Shown: piece by piece, positions 60,265 to 64,000 of the stretch
Position numbering within the stretch: position 1 is the stretch's first letter
Layout: each line of letters begins with the position of its first letter
Assembly: GCF_007692535.1 (NCBI RefSeq)
Contig: NZ_REBW01000113.1
Location: forward strand, 3,762-67,761
Length of the DNA: 64,000 nt
Source: Thioalkalivibrio sp.
GTDB taxonomy: Bacteria > Pseudomonadota > Gammaproteobacteria > Ectothiorhodospirales > Ectothiorhodospiraceae
Reading direction: 5' to 3'
Notes under the pieces: generated by a model
Databases searched by the model: none
Told to the model about the DNA's origin: nothing
The model's input: only the letters and a program-made list of their open reading frames with translations
Translations under genes and position numbers: made by a program

Positions 60265-62850
60265 ATGAGCAAAAACCTCGTCATTGTGGAATCGCCTGCG
60301 AAGGCCAAGACCATCGGCAAGTACCTGGGCCCGGAATTCACCGTGCTCGCTTCCTATGGCCACGTGCGCGACCTGGTGCCCAAGGAGGGAGCGGTGGATC
60401 CCGAAGCCGGGTTCCGCATGAACTACGAAGTGATCGAACGCAACGAGAAGCAGGTCCAGGCCATCGCCAAGGCGCTGAAGTCCGCCGACACCCTGATCCT
60501 TGCGACCGACCCCGACCGTGAAGGCGAGGCCATCTCCTGGCACCTGCTCGAGATCCTGCGTGAACGCGGGCTGCTCGGAGACCGGCCGGTCAAACGGGTG
60601 GTCTTCCACGAGATCACGCAGAAGGCAATCCAGGATGCGGTCGCCCACCCGCGCACCCTGTCGCTGGACCTGATCAACGCGCAGCAGGCCCGGCGCGCAC
60701 TCGACTACCTGGTCGGCTTCAACCTGTCTCCGCTGCTGTGGCGCAAGATCAAGCGCGGCCTTTCGGCAGGCCGCGTGCAGAGCCCGGCGCTGCGCATGAT
60801 CTGCGAGCGCGAGGACGAGATCGAGCGCTTCGAGGCGCGCGAGTACTGGACTATCGATGCCCAGGCCGAACGCGAGAAACAGCCCTTCACCGCGCGCCTG
60901 ACGCATCTCGACGGCCGGAAACTGGACCAGTTCGACCTGAATTCCGACACGCTCGCCCACGACGCCCGGCGCCGTCTGGTCGACGCGGCCGATGGCCGAC
61001 TGCGCGTGGCCTCGGTGGAAAAGAAGCAGCGCAAGCGCAATCCGGCCGCACCGTTCACCACCTCCACGCTGCAGCAGGAGGCATCGCGCAAGCTGGGCTT
61101 CACCGCCAGCCGCACCATGCGCGTCGCGCAGCAACTGTACGAGGGCATCGATCTCGGCAGCGGCGCGATCGGCCTGATCACCTACATGCGTACCGACTCG
61201 GTCACGCTCGCGGGCGAGGCCATTGCCGAGATGCGGGGTCTGATCAGCGAGCGCTACGGCGCCGACAATCTCCCCTCCAGCCCACGCCAGTACAAGACCA
61301 AGTCCAAGAACGCGCAGGAGGCCCACGAGGCGATCCGGCCCACGTCCGTGCGCAGGCTGCCGGAGGAGATCCGCAACCGGATGACCTCGGACCAGGCCCG
61401 GCTGTACGAGCTGATCTGGAAACGTACCGTAGCCTGCCAGATGGTCCACGCAACGTTCGACACCGTCGCCGCAGACCTCGTGCCGGGCGACACCACCCAT
61501 CGCTTCCGGGCCACCGGTTCGACCCTCCGCCACGCAGGCTTCATCGCCGTGTACCAGGAGGGGCGGGACGAGGTGGCCGCCGCCGACCAAGAAGAGGAAC
61601 GCCGGCTGCCCGAACTAGCCGAGGGCATGGTCGTGGACCTGCTCGACGTCAGCGCGGATCAGCATTTCACCGAACCGCCACCGCGCTACACCGAGGCGAG
61701 CCTGGTCAAGACCCTCGAGGAATACGGCATCGGACGGCCGTCGACCTATGCCAGCATCATCTCGACCCTGCAGTCGCGCGAATACGTCGAGATGGACGGG
61801 AAGCGCTTCCTGCCCACCGACATCGGCCGGATCGTGAACAGCTTCCTGACCCAGCACTTCACCCGCTACGTCGATTACGACTTCACCGCGAAGCTGGAGG
61901 ACGAACTGGATGAAATCGCCCGAGGGGAAAAGGAATGGGTGCCGGTTCTGGAGGGTTTCTGGACCGATTTCCGGGAGCAGGTCGAGGACAAGGCCGCCAG
62001 CGTAACGCGGGCGGAAGCCGTGCAGTCGCGTGACCTGGGCACCGACCCGAAGAGCGGTCGCCCGGTCAGCGTGCGCATGGGCCGCTTCGGTCCGATCGTG
62101 CAGATCGGCACCAAGGACGACGAGGAGAAACCGCGCTTCGCGGGCCTGCTGCCCGGGCAGAAGATGGACCAGGTGACGCTGGACGAGGCACTGACCCTGT
62201 TTCAGCTGCCGCGCGATCTGGGCGAGACCGCCGACGGCGAGCCGGTGCAGGTCAATGTAGGCCGCTTCGGCCCTTACGTGAAGTATGGCCGCAAGTTCGC
62301 TTCCCTCGGTCCCGACGACGACGTCTGGACCGTGGAACTGCCGCGCGCGCTCGAGATCATCGCCGAGAAGCAGGCAATGGACGCCCAGAAGTACATCAAG
62401 TCCTTCCCTGCCGAGGGCATCGAGGTGATCAATGGGCGCTACGGCCCGTACATCACCGACGGCAAGAAGAACGCAAAGATCCCCAAGGATCAGGACCCTG
62501 CGGCCCTGACACTGGAGCAATGCCAGGAACTGCTGGCATCCGCCCCGGAGCGCCGCGGTCGCAAGAACGCGAAGGGGGGCGCCAAGGCGACTGGCAAGGC
62601 TGGCGGCAAGGCATCCGCCGCAAAGACGACCAAGGCCGGCGAAGCCAAGGCCAAGGCCACGGGCAACGGGACCACCAAGGCCGGGACCGGCAAGACGGCG
62701 GCCAGGAAGGGCACTGCGGGCACGCGGACCGCCAAGAAGCCTGCCGCCAAGACGGCTGCGGCAAAGAAGGCCTCCAAGCCGGGTGGAGCCGGGAAAACGG
62801 GCGGCTCCGCGCGTTCGGGCAGCGGCCCGCGCGCCGTCAACGACCGCTAG
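60265..62850 (+). CDS. topA: DNA topoisomerase I
   Basis: LVIVESPAKAKTI, ATDPDREGEAI, SAGRVQSPAL, ITYMRTDS, GIGRPSTY; C-terminal GRFGP repeats and a Lys/Ala-rich tail. Confidence 0.97.
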   Translation: MSKNLVIVESPAKAKTIGKYLGPEFTVLASYGHVRDLVPKEGAVDPEAGFRMNYEVIERNEKQVQAIAKALKSADTLILATDPDREGEAISWHLLEILRERGLLGDRPVKRVVFHEITQKAIQDAVAHPRTLSLDLINAQQARRALDYLVGFNLSPLLWRKIKRGLSAGRVQSPALRMICEREDEIERFEAREYWTIDAQAEREKQPFTARLTHLDGRKLDQFDLNSDTLAHDARRRLVDAADGRLRVASVEKKQRKRNPAAPFTTSTLQQEASRKLGFTASRTMRVAQQLYEGIDLGSGAIGLITYMRTDSVTLAGEAIAEMRGLISERYGADNLPSSPRQYKTKSKNAQEAHEAIRPTSVRRLPEEIRNRMTSDQARLYELIWKRTVACQMVHATFDTVAADLVPGDTTHRFRATGSTLRHAGFIAVYQEGRDEVAAADQEEERRLPELAEGMVVDLLDVSADQHFTEPPPRYTEASLVKTLEEYGIGRPSTYASIISTLQSREYVEMDGKRFLPTDIGRIVNSFLTQHFTRYVDYDFTAKLEDELDEIARGEKEWVPVLEGFWTDFREQVEDKAASVTRAEAVQSRDLGTDPKSGRPVSVRMGRFGPIVQIGTKDDEEKPRFAGLLPGQKMDQVTLDEALTLFQLPRDLGETADGEPVQVNVGRFGPYVKYGRKFASLGPDDDVWTVELPRALEIIAEKQAMDAQKYIKSFPAEGIEVINGRYGPYITDGKKNAKIPKDQDPAALTLEQCQELLASAPERRGRKNAKGGAKATGKAGGKASAAKTTKAGEAKAKATGNGTTKAGTGKTAARKGTAGTRTAKKPAAKTAAAKKASKPGGAGKTGGSARSGSGPRAVNDR

Positions 62851-62883
62851 ACCCGAAACCGCCAAGCGCAGGGACCCGCGTCG

Positions 62884-64000
<1,117 letters not shown>

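Overview
High-GC gammaproteobacterial chromosomal window. Gene content and order suggest a Chromatiales/Ectothiorhodospiraceae, Thioalkalivibrio-like sulfur oxidiser (inference, not searched). It is mostly core genes: groESL, a periplasmic thiol-redox operon (thioredoxin-fold, TolC, adaptor, cutA, dsbD, tlpA), aroQ-accBC-prmA-DUF3426-dusB-fis, ampD, rep, cvrA, ilvD, an MscK-like channel, a cysB-like regulator, an OmpR/EnvZ-like pair, argA, fetAB-like, glnK-amtB, folBK, msrA, lpxL, def-fmt-rsmB-DUF4390-ntrY-ntrX-trkA, and lysM-dprA-smg-topA-tsaC-hemF. I found no rRNA, tRNA, CRISPR array, transposase or phage gene. The most interesting signals are: (1) an unannotated 36-aa ORF with an SD, between an OmpR-type tandem box and a GNAT/C39-like peptidase plus RimK-like ATP-grasp operon; (2) a TolC plus adaptor pair with no inner-membrane pump inside a DsbD operon, where DsbD has two N-terminal domains; (3) an FKBP-rhodanese fusion; (4) a DsrC/TusE-like protein lacking the C-terminal cysteines, divergent from the cysB-like gene; (5) a MITE-like nested palindrome with a half copy 18.6 kb away; (6) a repeat with a conserved core and unrelated but paired outer stems; (7) a candidate NtrC-controlled 3'-UTR sRNA after amtB; (8) an amidoligase plus glutamine amidotransferase pair. 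All product calls come from motif recognition by eye; no database search was run.
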